A stretch of 64,000 nucleotides of DNA from Chiloscyllium plagiosum (Eukaryota): positions 47,108,116 through 47,172,115 of the forward strand of contig NC_057718.1 in NCBI RefSeq assembly GCF_004010195.1, in the 5' to 3' direction. Below the pieces are notes generated by a model that was given only the letters and a program-made list of their open reading frames with translations, searched no databases and was not told where the DNA came from. The stretch's first letter is position 1; each line of letters starts with the position of its first letter. Made by a program: the position numbers and the translations under genes. Shown here piece by piece: positions 22,899 to 36,890 of the stretch.

Positions 22899-24135
22899 AA
22901 TGACTACAAGATTAATAAGAAGAAAGAAGTTAGAGGATGGGAGGAAACAAGTAAGAAATGCAAAAAGAGGATAGCAAGAGTTTCGACATATTTAAGAAGA
23001 AAAAAAGTAAGTAAAGTGAATGCTAGATATTAGCTTAGAAGTTTCAGCTGGCAAGTTTGATGTGTGTCAGATTCAGCGATGGTGCCTTGGTGCTAATGTT
23101 GGATGTCAGGCTGGTAGGGTGGGAGAGTTGTCAGAGGCACCACTGGCAGAGGTGCTGATATCCAGGGGAGTGTCAGGCCAGCAGATAGCAGGTTGATGTT
23201 GGTCAGCAGTCCAACATAGGTGCAGATTTAGTTGCAGGTGTCACTGGTGAGCCTGGCATTCAGTTTAACAGTTACTCAGAAGTAAAATAGGTTTTTAATC
23301 CTCTAACATTTCCTGGGTAACTATTAGCTTAATTGCTTTGGATCCTTCAACTTTAATGGACTCTTTTGGATATTGCACATTGGAATCTTAAGGTTATTCC
23401 TCCGGATCAACTGTATGTGAGATTCTGCACAACTCTGACACTCAACTCCTGTCTACGCCTCAGAAATAGCTTTCTGGCTATTGGAATATAGAGCTTCTGC
23501 CTCAGAATGGAGGTCGAGGCAGGTAATTGAATATTTTTAAGGTGGAGATAAGACAGATTCTTGTTAGACAAAGAAATCAAAGGTTATCGGGAGTCGTGGG
23601 ATGTGGAATTCCAAACAAACAAATTGGCCACGATTTATTGAATGGCTGAAGGAACCAAATGGTCTGCTTAAGCTCCTGATTCATATGTTCATAAATCTCC
23701 AGGAAGTCATCCAGTTAGAGTTGGAAACAATAGTACGAAAGATTTTCATATAGATTCAGCTTAATTTCTACCTTGTCTGTCAGCTGCACAAAAGGGAAAG
23801 AACCTCAACCACATAAATTCTTGAGGTGTGCCAAACGAGATCCAATTATCTAAAGAAGGGAGATGTTTGTGCAATGCATTGCCATTCAACAAGTACAGAC
23901 TAATATAGTGTAGCAACAAATCTCAGGTACAATCTCATTAAATTATTGACAAGCAATAGGTTTTGATAGATCTTACAGACTACATTTTTATCTTTCATGT
24001 TAGGTTACTTTCATTTTGGCAAAGCAGTGGATAAATGATTTGTAGTAACATTCTAATTTCCCAAAAGGATTGATTACAGAAATACAACAGGTCTGAATGA
24101 ACAATTTTCTTTTCAACATGTAGAACTCCTGATTA

Positions 24136-24505
24136 AACCAAAAAAGAGAAAATGCTGGAAAATCTCAGCAAGTTTGGCAGCATCTGTAAGGAGAGAAAAG
24201 AGCTGACATTTCAAGTCGAACTGACCTTTGTCAAAGCTAAAAAAAAGGGGAAATAGGGAGGTATTTATACTAGGCTGAGAGAAGGTGAGTCATGGCTCCA
24301 GAAGTAAGGTAGCAATAAAGAGGTGATAATGACAGTGCATAGAGAGATTATAGGGAGATTAGGAGTTGTGAATGACGAAGGCTGAAGCCAGTGCTATGTG
24401 ACAAAATATGTGGGGGGTGGGGGGGATGGGTGAAGCAGAGGCAAAATGGAAAACAAGGGAGAAGGGTAGCAAAGGGGAAAGAGGAGTGGAAAAAGGTGAT
24501 GAGAG
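24136..24505 (-). mobile_element. PLE 3' end of a further family, with 14 bp TSD
   Basis: aatgctggaaaatctcagc...ggcagcatctg terminus related to the other PLE tails. Flanks AGAACTCCTGATTA (24122-24135) and AGAACTCCTAATTA (24506-24519). Confidence 0.7.
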
Positions 24506-26510
24506 AGAACTCCTAATTATATGCATGTGTGGAGTGCAGTTTTGAGGCTTATACTGGTTCTGCGCTAACTAAAACATGCCAGAGCTTTATTGATCATTAA
24601 AGCAGCAAACTTACTGAACTTGACAAGACTAAATCACGCATCTGACCTGAAGAAAAAATATTACATATCTCTGAAGCTGATACATACTGGGCTTAGCACT
24701 GACGAGAGGGCAATGACTTGTAGAAACAGATTTAATTTAATTTGGTGCAAAAAATGCTTAATTTTACAATCAGCACGATTAGTATGATCTCGAGTGCACA
24801 ACCTAAAAAGGTGCTATAAGTAGATTTAATAAGAATTTTCATGAGAGGTACTTATTAGAAAAGGAAAGATTTACATTCTATAAGAGGAGGGAGTGGATCT
24901 AATTGGAAAACTCTTTCAAGAAGAGAGCGCAAATGCATTGAATGGCTACTATCTATGCTCCAAGGTTCAATGATTCACAACAGATTAAGAATGAAAGCTT
25001 CTGGGCATTTAAAAGAACAAACTGTTCAGAATGTTTTACATAACATGTGGAATACGTTTGCTGCTTGGCAACTGATGTAAAACTTACTAACTTGTCAAAG
25101 TTTCATTTCAGTACTAGCGAATGAATTGACACTTTTTCTGTTTCATCCCCCCAACTATGATCAATTGTAATGAACTGAGGAAATATCATGGCCCGAATTT
25201 TAGTGAGCAGTGAACTAATGGCACTAACTTACTCCGAACATACACGCATGAATTTGTGGTGTTGACCATAGCAACAATGTTTCGTGGCCAACAATTGGAG
25301 ACAAACAAGGAACCAGAAACACAAGTGGAATGCGGCCACAATATCAACTTTATTACTAGATTGTCTAAGCAGAATCTCAAAAACATGGACAATTAATATA
25401 ATAATGCACCATAGAATTGCATTAATTGCATTGCATAGAATTAAATCACCACAAAGAAACTTGTATTACCCCTTCTGACATAGTTTGCCAGGCCACTTTA
25501 GTGTAAGGGTCATGCTCTTGCTTGTGGCTTAGAGATCTTCTTCACCGAGGTTAGTCTGCAATTATTGCTGACAATCTGGTGAAGTATATGCTTTTCCCTT
25601 GGTTTGAAAAATGGCTTTACTCAATCACAAGCTCCCAACCATCAGTCGTAGACTTATCAATCACCATCCAGCTTCTGTTAAGATATAATCTAAGTTTGCA
25701 ATTATCTATTCTGTTGTTAGTCGAGAGATATGATCTAGTTTTGTGATGATGTCTTTTATTAGTTGCTTCTTCTATTATCCACTTGACTTTGCAACTCTGA
25801 GGTCAGAACTGCTTATTTCTGTATTCCCATGAAGGATGTCCAGGCATGTCTGAAGTGAGCGTACCAACATGACTATTTTTCCCACTGTGCTTTGAATTAG
25901 GATCTTAGCCCGCCCCTGAAATAAATTATTTCTCACACTTATTGGAGTCTTGTGTTGTCATTGGCATTCCTGATGCCATTTCACCCTCCCTCCCCATGTT
26001 TAGGAAGATCAGATTTAACCTAATGTGGAGTCTTCTCTCGATTAGCAACTCTGCCGGAGCTATTCCTGTAGTTGCATGAGGGGTGGTCCTGTAATCAAGC
26101 AGGAAGCAGGACAGTTTGGTAGCTACTGAAGCTGGAGGCTGTTTCTTTAAGCTTGCCTTCAAAGTTTGGATTGCTGTTTCTACCAGAACGTTGGATGATG
26201 GATGGAGCGGAGCTGTCCTTGTATGACAAATACCATTTGGCTTAGGAAATACTCAAATTCCCTGCTGGTAAATGATGGCCCATTATCTGTGACCAACACT
26301 TCCGGGTGTCGTGTATTGCAAAAGATGCGCTCAGTTTTTCTAGCATCATCCCCATGTTTGATGAATGAACTCTATGCATGTCCAGTCACTTTGGGTGGAT
26401 ATTCACAATCACTAAAAACATTGAGCCCATGAAAGGACCTGCATAGTTGATGTTTAACAAAGTCCAGAGTTTACCCAGCCATTTCCATGAATGTGGGGGA
26501 GCTGCTTGTC

Positions 26511-26829
26511 TTAGATTACTTAGATTACTTACAGTGTGGAAACAGGCCCTTCGGCCCAACAAGTCCACACCGACCCGCCGAAGCGCAACCCACCCATACC
26601 CCTACATTTACCCCTTTAACCTAACACTACGGGCAATTTAGCATGGCCAATTCACCTGACCCGCACATCTTTGTGACTGTGGGAGGAAACCGGAGCACCC
26701 GGAGGAAACCCACGCAGACACGGGGAGAATGTGCAAACTCCACACAGTCAGTCGCCTGAGTCGGGAATTGAACCCGGGTCTCTGGCGCTGTGAGGCAGCA
26801 GTGCTAACCACTGTGCCACCGTGCCACCC
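26511..26829 (-). mobile_element. Young HE1-type V-SINE inserted in the Gypsy integrase
   Basis: Minus strand reads gggtggcacggtggcacagtggttagcactgctgcctcacagcgcc...gggttcaattcc, with tail (agtaatcta)n. Confidence 0.9.
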
Positions 26830-27202
26830 ATCATTATTTTTATCCTTGTTGGCACTCTGAGCACTGCCCTACCATCGTAGCTATGTCTGCATCCAACCCT
26901 GGCCACCAGACATAATGTCTTGCCAACATCTTCATTTTGGAAACCCCTGGATGACTGTGGTGTAGTTCAGCCAGTATCTGGCAATGACCTTTGCTCAGGA
27001 TAATCACTCTTGCTTCCCATAATAATATGCCATCCTCTGCCGTGATCTGGTCTCTCCAGGTCCAAATAAATTTCAATTCTAGTTGTGACAGCCTTTTGGT
27101 TTCCCCATCACCACCAGTTGTTTCAGTTTTGCCAGGACTGGATCTTTCTGAGTGAAAAATCTGATATTGTCAGCTGTGACTGGAAGTGATTCCAAAACAT
27201 TT

Positions 27203-27804
27203 AGGTAAATGAAGAAACAGCTGTCATCCTCTAAAGTGTTGGCACACTGTGATGCCAAGTGAGATCTGATATTGTCATGCAATGCCTCCCCAAGAGGGAT
27301 CAGGGGAGTATTAACTCATAGGTGGCCAAATAGAGATGAATGGCCAATTATAGCACATTTTCAGCTCTGATCTCCAGCATCTGCAGACCTCACTTTCTCC
27401 TTCCCAGACAGTGTTCCAATTTGTAATTATACATACTTAGTTCAGAGCCCATTGCAGAATTTGGCCTGAAACTATGGGTGCAGTGCCTTGTCCTCTTTAA
27501 GTAGACCTAGCAGGAGATTGTGGTCCGCTATTATTACAAATTTATGTCAGTAAACGTATTGGTGGAACTTCCTGACACTGAATGTGGCTGCCAAACCTTC
27601 CTTCTCTATCTGGGTGTATTTATATTTTACATTAACCAAAGTTCTGGATGTATATATAATTGGCCATTCATCTCTATTTGGCCACCTATGAGTTAATACT
27701 CCCCTGATCCCTCTTGGGGAGGCATTGCATGACAATATCAGATCTCACTTGGCATCACAGTGTGCCAACACTTTAGAGGATGACAGCTGTTTCTTCATTT
27801 ACCT
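27203..27804. repeat. Perfect 150 bp inverted duplication (27203-27352 versus 27655-27804)
   Basis: Direct comparison of the reverse complement. The left copy abuts a family A PLE tail (27353-27400). Confidence 0.92.
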
Positions 27805-30604
27805 GAAACTTATGGCTTGGTTACATGACCATTTCCAAGGCTCACCATTTTTTAAGAATTGATATAAATGGGGCAGGATGGAGGCCAGGTTATGTATAAC
27901 CTTTCTGTAATAGTTTACCAACCCAAGGAAAGACCTAAGCTCTGGTATGGATGTGGGAGCTGGGGTACCTTTGATTGGGCTTACATTATCTTCCAAAGGG
28001 TGTAGCCTGGTTTTGTCAGCCAAGTAGCCCAAATAGGTCACTTGGGGCACCTAGAACAACATTTGTCCCTTCTAAAGGGTATACCCATATATGAAAACTG
28101 CCTAAGGACTATGTCCAAGTTCTCCAAGTGCTCTTTATTGACACTGTTATGAGTATGTCATCTAGATAAATGGTGACCTGTGGTAGACCTTGCAAAATGT
28201 TCTCCATTGTCCACTGAAAAAAGGTGATGATACTCCAAATCCCACTCTTGTTGCCACTGAAATAACTCCATAGAGACCAGCATCCCGTCACCAAGTTCCT
28301 CTTAATTTACACATGGAAAGTCCTTGACACTGATCCAACTTCATTTAATCGAGCTGACAGAGTGAACAGACCCTCTGACACTCCTGTTTATATTCTGTCA
28401 GCCAGGGCTCCCTGATTTGATCGGATTAACAGCCCCAATCAGCGAACTCATACTGTATGAGGTCCACCTCGCTGATATCATTATAATCACTTCAGGTGGA
28501 ATTGTTAGTTTGGCTAGAATTTAAAAGGATTTATTTTAAAATTATTTGAACAAGCTTGAATTACACTTGTTTTCTTCTTACATTATCACTTTATAATTCT
28601 CCTTGTAAAATGTAACCTGCTAATACCCTCTGATTTATTATTTTGAAAAACAATCTTGTTGATTGTCTGGAATATTCAGGATGCCATAACATATCTGATG
28701 TTGTCTATAGTTTCAAGCATAGTATAAGGTTACCACATCTTGCTGAACTGACAGTGGACAGAGGAAGGAATAGAGGAGGGATCATGATGTCTCACCAAAG
28801 GGTTGACTGCATGCTATAGCGAGTCAATTTTCTGCCTGAGGATAGTGGTGAGCTACAGTGAAGTGTTATTTTGGTTGCCACAGTTAGCTGACAGAATAAT
28901 AAAGCAGCTTGGACCTGAAAATTGTTTGGGCTGTCAACTTACATGAGCATCCTTGCCGATATAGTGTTGGTTTGGTGGCCAAACCAGAAGATTAGCTTTT
29001 CTTTTGTTTGCAAATTTTAACAAAACAGATTGATGTCACTTAAAGGCTCCAGGGTGACATAAAGTGTTGTTAATACACTATTCACCATTGTTTGACTCTG
29101 CTCAAAGAATTCGTATTCTTTCAAAAATTGATCAACAACCAGCAGTTGAAAGAAAAATGTACTTATTCCCTTTAGAATCCTCTTACGGAAAACATTGGAT
29201 GAATGACATGACCAAAAATTACCATTGACAAGCTTGCTGCAGCAGAAGCAGTTTTCTGAGCTTAGTGGAAGAGAAGTGGAAGTGTCGTCCTTACAGGATA
29301 GTCTGAGACTGAGAATATGTTACCTTGTTCATAAACACCTGCAGAGATAGTCCATCATCCACTCTAGCGTATCCATAGCAGCAAAGGTCAATGATTTCCC
29401 CCAGATTTTATGCCACAGAATACATCAAGGCATCCATGTGTGATCATCACAGGTGTCAGCTACTTCCTGTGCACTGTTCCATTAAGAAGGCAACTGTTTC
29501 ACTGAAAACTCACCTAAAGTACATCAGATATGTTATGGCAAAAGCAGCTTCAATGATTATTGGCTTTATGCAAATAAATATTTCTGATCACACAAACAGT
29601 ATGATGATTCTGAGATTTCTTTTCACATTTTGGATTATCGTGGAATTGGGATTAAAATTAATTAAAACCCACTTCTTGAATTGACCACCCTCCACTGATT
29701 AGGAATGGAGTCATGGCCTGAAATCTCTAGGCTTCTGGCAGATCTTATGCATCCTAAGGAGCCGTGTGGTTGCAAACTCTTCCTGACCTCATTGTTCTAT
29801 CCTCCATGCCAGCCTGCTACTGCTCCTGGGGTTGTTCATCCTGCATCTGAGTTCATCTTCTTAGGTAGGCAACCATAGTGATCAACATAGCACTAGTGGC
29901 AAGGCCAGCACTCTCTGAGGAAAGGACCAAAACAGACCAAAACAAGCTTTGTTTGGTGAGTTCATTAAGATTGGAGGCTGAATATTAATGAAGTGATTGT
30001 GGCATTAATCAGACATTTAATGAGTATTAAATTCCATCAACTGGCATCTTGCCACTAACTAGTAAGAATTTCACCACCCTGCTTTGGAATCCATAAAAAG
30101 ATGTTGCGAGATGATCTCAACATCAAGATATACCTCACTGGACTCCTTATCCAATTTTGCCACACATCTCTCCAAAGTCAGTGTCACCCATACCCCTATA
30201 GATTCCACCAATTGATTTTAAGGACTGGACTATGCCACTATTTTTGGAATCTTTGTTTGTAAAATGACTGCCATATTTGTTTACATAACAGTTATAGTAA
30301 TTCATTCACAAGCAATACAGTTGACTAGTAATTACCCTCTGAAATAGTTGTGCCATTCAGTTCAAGGGCATTTCGGGCTGGGTAACAAATAAAGCTGAGC
30401 TTAGGGTCTTATAGTGCAATGGCACTATCCATACGCCAGGGTTAGAAGGTTCAGATTCAAGTTCCAACTCAGGATGTCATGGCCATCAAGTCATGTAACA
30501 TCAGATTGATGACAAAAAAATATTTTGCCAGTGATGCAATGAAAGAATAAAGAAAACTTACTTGATAAATGCAATTTCTTTTTCAGCAGGCACAAACTAT
30601 AACA

Positions 30605-30990
30605 TAGAGGCATAGAATTATACAGCATGGAAACAGACCGTTTGGTCCAACTCGCTTATGCCAACCAGATTTCCTAAACTGATCTAGTCCCATTTGCCAG
30701 CATTTGGCCCATATTCCTCAATACTCTTCTTATTCATGTACCCATCCAGATGCCTTTTAAATGTTTCAGTTGTACCGCTTCCACCACCTCCTTTGGCAGC
30801 TTGTTCCATACATGCACCAACCTCTGCTTGAAAAAGTTGCCCCTCAGGTCCCTTTTAAATTTTTCCCATCTCACCTTAAACCTATGCTTTCTAGTTTTGG
30901 ATTCCCCTACTCTGGGAAAAAGACCTTGGCTATTCACCCTATCCACGCCTCTCATGATTTTATAAACCCCTATAAGGTCACTCCTCAGTC
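30605..30990 (-). mobile_element. CR1/HER1 LINE 3' fragment
   Basis: ORF 30734-30955 is the CR1 ORF2 C-terminus, with the tail at ~30605-30650. Confidence 0.9.
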
Positions 30991-32463
30991 TTCTGATGTA
31001 TGTGGAGCCTCCTTCTCTTAGTTGTTTAATTGTTCTCCACCATTCACAACTGGATGTGGCTGAACTGCAGACTTTATATCTGAGCCATTTTCATTTAGCT
31101 CTGTCTATCATTTACTGCTTATGCTGTTTGGCACTAAAATAGTGCTGTTTGGCAGCTTCACCAGGTTGACACCTCATTTTTAGATATGCCTGGTGCTGCT
31201 CCTGGCATAACTTCCTGCTCTCTCCATTGAACCAGGGTTGATCTTCTGCTTTGTTGGTAATGATTGAGTGAGGGATATACCAGGCCCTAAGTTTGCAAAT
31301 TATGCTGGCATATGATTCTGCTGCTGTTGATGGCCCATGCACCTCATGGATGCCCAGCCTTGAGTTGCTAGATCTGTTTGAAGTCTGTCCCATTTAGCAT
31401 GGTGATAGTGCCGCACAACACAATGGAGTGTGTTCTCAATGCGAAGATGGCTCCCGTTACATAGAAAGATGTTGAAAAAACAATCAATGTGTACAGCTAA
31501 CCTAAAGGAAGATTAATCTGAGTATCCTATGGCAATCTGATGCTGCAAGTTGTCTGCTACTGCCTGCTAGCCATAAAGAAATGATCAGCCTGATGGGATA
31601 CATAAGCAATAGAGGGATCTATTCATACTGAAATCACAAGCACAAATGAGAAGGAAGATGGTGAGTTGAATGGGCAGTTTTGAAGACAGTTCATCAAAAG
31701 GTAAATTCAGATCCTAAGAGAGATTGTGACTTTAAATGCCCAGCATTTTCCTCACTTGCAATTAGCTGAAATATTAAAAAGCATTTCTAGGAGATACTGC
31801 AGTATGGTCTGGATATTTGCTTCTAAGTCAGATGAGAGGAAACAGGACAATTCTCAGCTCTGTGAATCTGGCTTATAAAAATGGTTTCCTGGATGTTGAA
31901 TTTGTTGTGGGATGGTGGCTGGGTGGTGGGGTGGGTGGGTGGGTGGATTAGCATTGCTCCGGATTAGAAGTCAGAATGGGCAAAACCAGAAGAAAGACTG
32001 CCAAGTGGGAACGACAGCTGTGCATAAGACTTGCATTAGGGACATGGTATTGTCTCCAGTCTTTGAAAAGAAAGAATAATATGGACCATCCTTCCAGTGC
32101 TCGGTCTTCAACAACAATGGCCCTTCTTACCCCAATGTCAAAATATGCCCATCATTCACCTTTATGGCCTCATGCTCTCCATATTAAGGTAAAATCTAAT
32201 CACCTAGTAATGACCATGGGCAGACCTAGAAGCCATGCTGAAGTTAGATAAACATGAAGTTTATGTATATGTTAAAAGAAACAAATTCTCTCATTCATAA
32301 AAGAAAACATTTTCTACATTGTCACTCCTTCAACTAAATAAAGCTGATAACAACAAATATTTAGTTCAAGTCTGCAATCCCTTATTACAACAAATGTTGG
32401 AACTTGTAGTCCCACATCTGCTAAAAATCAAAACCCCACTATTCCCGGATTCATCATAAAAAT

Positions 32464-32720
32464 TTAAAGAGTTTTTAAAAATACAAAATTTCCCAATTTA
32501 CTTGGATTTTCAGATCTGAGATGATAGAAAGCATGGACCAGGTTCAGAAACTGAACAAGAACTACAGGTAAACAGTTATAAACCCACCCAAAATCACTAA
32601 TTTCAACTGCCATTTTGTAAGGTCTGGAAATCTCTGGAGCATTCAACTCTGGTTCATTTATTAAGATTGTCTTTAGCTTCTCAAATGCAGTTGTTGTTCT
32701 CCCAACCATATCACTTTTCT
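32464..32720 (-). mobile_element. Gypsy RT-RNase H connection remnant
   Basis: AFEKLKTILINEPEL.AP..SRPYKMAVE.SD resembles the AF..LK..L...PVL..PD...PF....DAS motif. Confidence 0.65.
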
Positions 32721-33411
32721 GACTGCAGAAAACACAAAGATCATTCCTGAGCTAGGGAAGAACTACACACTTCTTGTCTCTCTCTCTCTCTCTCTTGTCT
32801 AATTTTTCCCAGCTCCAAACTATTCAGTTGCCTGAGAACCAATTGAACAGGTGTCACAGACAAGAAGTTCTCCACCATTGATAATTGATCACTAGTTCAT
32901 AGACCATTTAACTTTTTGCTGCTAACAAAGGCTGAATATGTACACCCCTTGGCTCTTAAGTCATCTGCAATTCAAGCTTCACCTACTGCTTGTTCAAACA
33001 GTTGTTTATGATGCTTGCCATAGCTGTCTGGTTACTTGCTTTTCAAATGGTAGCTGCCCTTTCAACCAGTGGGATTAAAAAGTCTCTTTCTCATTTAAAT
33101 CAACAGCCTTTTTAAAAGGCATAAGACAAAAATACAACCTCCTTACATATCAAAAAATCTATAATCACTTGTAGCTGTCAATAAACAGACAAACTGCAGG
33201 CACTCTGCTGTAATAATAGATTTAGGAAGTCATAGCCTTAGAGTGAAACAGCAAGCAATCATTTCATTTTCAAATAATTAAAGAGAAGGACTTTTAAATA
33301 TTTTGAAAGCTTGACAGCTCCATTTGGCAAGTCCTTTTGGCATTTTGACAGGTCAATTTAACTGGTGCTTTTGATAGTTTTCAGAGTTATTTTTGATAAG
33401 TGTCTCAAGAG

Positions 33412-34625
33412 TTAGAACATAGAAAAGTACAGCACAGAACAGCCCTGAGGCCCACAATGTTGTGCCACGATTTAATCCTAATGTAAAATATAGTAACTTA
33501 ACCTATGCACCCCCCACTCACTGCTATCCATGTGCATGTCCAGCAGTTGCTTAAATGTCCCCAATGACTCTGCTTCCACCACCTCAACTGGCAATGCATT
33601 CCATGCATTCACAACTCTCTGCGTAAAGAGCCTACCTCTGATGTCTCCTTTATACTTTCCTCCTAATATCTTCAAACTATGACTTCTCATATCAGTCAAT
33701 CCTGCCCTGGGGAAAAATCTCTGGCTATTGACTCTATCTATTCCCCTCATTATTTTGTACACCTCGATCAGGTCTCCTCTCTTCATCCTTCTCTCCAGAA
33801 AGAAAAGTCAGAGCTTATTCAACCTTTTCTCATACGGCAAGCCCACCAGTCCAGGCAACATCCTGGTAACCTTCTTTTTACCCTCTCCAAAGCCTCTGTA
33901 TCTTTCCTATAGTAGGGCGACCAGAACTGGACACAATATTCCAAGTGTGGTCTCACCAGGGACTTGTAGAGCTGCAGCAAAACCTCGCGGCTCTTAAATT
34001 CGATACCCCTGTTAATGAAAGCCAAACCACCATATGCTTTCTTAACAACCCTATCCACTTGGGTGGCAACTTTGAGGTATCTATGTACTTGCACACCAGA
34101 TCCCTCTGTTCTTCCACTCTGCCAAGAATCCTGTCTTTAATGCTATATTCAGCATTCAAGTTCGACCTTCCAAAATGCATCACTTCGCATTTATCCAGGT
34201 TGAACTCCATCTGCCATTTCTCAGCCCAGCTCTACATCCTGTCTATGTCGCGCTGATGAAGGGCTTTTGCCCGAAATGTTGATTTTGCTGCTCGTTAGAT
34301 GCTGCCTGAACTGCTGTGCTCTTCCAGCACCACTGATCCAGAATCTGGTTTCCAGCATCTGCACTCATTCAGCAGTGCTAACCACTGTGCCACCATGCTG
34401 CCCACAAAGAGCAGAGGCTCAAGAACAGAGCCCTGCGGGACCCCACTCAACACTGTCCTTCAGGCAGAATATTTTCCATCTACAACCAGTCTCTGCCTTC
34501 TGTCAGCCAGCCAATTCTGAATCCAGATAGCCAAATCTCCCATACTTCCTGACTTTATGAATGAATCTACCATGGGGAACCCTATCAAATACCTTGCTGA
34601 AATCCACATACACCACATCCACTGT
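33412..34625 (-). mobile_element. CR1 LINE 3' portion (different subfamily) with a chimeric patch at 34253-34403
   Basis: ORFs MEFNLDKCEVMHFG..., LYKSLVRPHLEYCVQFWSP and RGDLIEVYKIMRG. Confidence 0.9.
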
Positions 34626-34854
34626 ATATGGAGTTCCTATGAGCTTGTCAGCATTGGGTTTCTTCACTTTTTATGCACAGTTTAACAATTTCAAAGAGCA
34701 TGTGACTTCCCCTAAGAGTGGTCTGGGGCTAGGTCTGAAGGGATGTCATACCTTTCCAAGGGGTGTCCTGACTCTTCAAAGATATGTCCACAGTTCAGAC
34801 CTGCCGTTACCATGTTGAATCTGCACACCTAATTTGTCATATTCCAAGGCGACT

Positions 34855-34955
34855 TAGAGTCAGTCATAGAGATGTATAGCACAGAAACAGACCCTTTGGT
34901 ACAACTTGTCCATGCCAACCAGATATCCCAACTTAATCTAGTCCCACTTGCCAGC
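34855..34955 (-). mobile_element. CR1 3' tail fragment
   Basis: gtcatagagatgtatagcacagaaacagaccc..., same as 14600-14690. Confidence 0.8.
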
Positions 34956-36890
34956 CGTGAAGGCTGATGATGACTTAAAGGGCAGCTGCCTCTGCGAATT
35001 GATAATGTGTTTAGGTGGTAAACAAACCCAATTTATTCAAACAAGGTCTAGGAATTAAAGTATCAAAGGGTCCATACGTCTACCTATCGAAGTTGCACTT
35101 TTTTTTCTTCTTCTTTAAGTCTTTAATATTGGAATAACTCCCAATAGCAAATCAAACAAACATGTATCTCAGTGCTGTGCTAAAGCTCAAATCTCACTGT
35201 TTGGATTTGGATGTAACTTGAATGAATTTCACTTTTAAGGTCAACCAGGATAATAACAAAGCTGAGATAATGGATAATCTGATCCCTCATAATTTAGATT
35301 TAAGAACTGCTTCAACTTTATTAAAGAAATAAATCTGCATCTATTTGACATATTTTATGTTATCTCAAGTTAAGTTTTCTAAAGTTGATGAAGGATTTTG
35401 GGACATTGAAGGCTGTGGGAAAACAGTGTTTATCCTCTGGCTGACCCTTCTGCAGGCATTATTCCATTTGCAATCTGAATATTAGGCCTAATTAAGGACT
35501 GTGACAGATTAAAGCAAGGTCCTTGATTTTCCTGTCTTTAACGCTACATTTCATCTATAATCCTAAATGGCTTAACATGAAAAACATCCAAATATTTTGT
35601 TCTTGACTTTTAAGTCTCATTTTGCTGGTACTTTCTCTGAGGATTTCAACAATATTGTATATATGAATGGTTCAGATTTGATTTAATTTCAATATTTATT
35701 ATTGTGCTACTAATGTACATCTCTGACCTTTACAGAATATTTTCATAACATATATTTTAAACAAAATCTTACTGTCATATTCTACAGTTTTGAAAGTTTT
35801 GCTGTTGTTATCTTACTTACAAGAAATAATATAGAAAATAATACAATGTGTCTAAGGCTGAAGTAAAATTCAAATTTTATTAGAACTAGGCCAGAATATT
35901 ACAAGAGGCAGAAGCTTCCTAATATTTGGACAACATAGGATATGGTGAAAAATATGTAGAATCATGAGAGAGATCAAGGAAGGCCTTCCTCACTGTTGGG
36001 AACAGCAAGTTGCGTCTTCCAACTGAGTTTCAAACATTGAGATGAGATTTTACTACTGAGCAACAGAAGGACTATTATTAGGGATTATTGATCACTATCA
36101 TCCTAATACTAGTTAATAATGCCCAGGTCCCATTCCACAAGTAACAGATAGAAACCAGATGCTGGGAATTCCCGACAGGAGATTCAGAGTGGTCATCTGG
36201 TGATTCCAGCTTGACACTTGCTCTTCTAGATTTCTAACTTGGAAATTCAATATCAATATCTCAGGGAACATTCTATGGCAACAGCCACATGCATCCCGTC
36301 CAAAGACACTTGTAACTAACATGTGTCAGCTTCTTCACACCATCTTAGCACATTTCCAAATCACCTACAGCAAGCTTCTGCACTGCCATGCTGCACTTTG
36401 AAGCACACCAGTTCTTCTCATTATCATGTTGCTCCTAGGACACTTTAGTGCGGGGACAGATATCTAACTCATGACTGGAGCAGGTTGCATCTCTGGGCTG
36501 CCTGCTTGCTGTCTTAGCACTGGATGCTCACAGCCTTTCCTTGCCTTGTCCTTTCGCATTTTGCTCCTTTAATCAGTTTACTTGATCACAGTTCCTTTGT
36601 CTTGCCTTGCTGTTTAGCGCAGACATAAAGCCAAGGAACTTGTCATGCTTGCCCGAATGATCAGCCAAGCATGTAGACATCTGACAGTACAGCATTGTAC
36701 TCTGTCATCTCAGATCTGCAACCAGTGTCAGCAACTTGCATGGCAAACACATTGCATGTGCAACAAGCAAACAACCATGCCTCTAAATCTAAAAGGAGTA
36801 TTCCTCAGTCATGTCCAGAGAGATACCCTTCAGTCAGAAGATCCCGAAACATGAAGTAAAGGGCGACCTCTGAATTCTATCCAGAGGATA

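Larger units (their letters stand above)
25900..28490 (-). mobile_element. Decayed Gypsy LTR retrotransposon (RT-RNase H-integrase order, K02A2.6/Mag-like)
   Basis: RT (IYLDDIL; LRSFLGLVNYY), RNase H (YTQIEKEGLA), integrase HHCC (LH.SHPG...YVWWPG...C..CQ) and core (YAGPFMG; YRTTPHATTG). PBS-like TGGTGACGGGATG at 28293-28281, with a probable LTR above it. Confidence 0.88.

Noticed and set aside
36100..36850. Possible Harbinger/Myb-SANT transposon remnants (also ~29000-30130, 51560-52260 and 58200-59010)
   Set aside because: Only a vague resemblance; no diagnostic motif, TIR or TSD could be pinned down.
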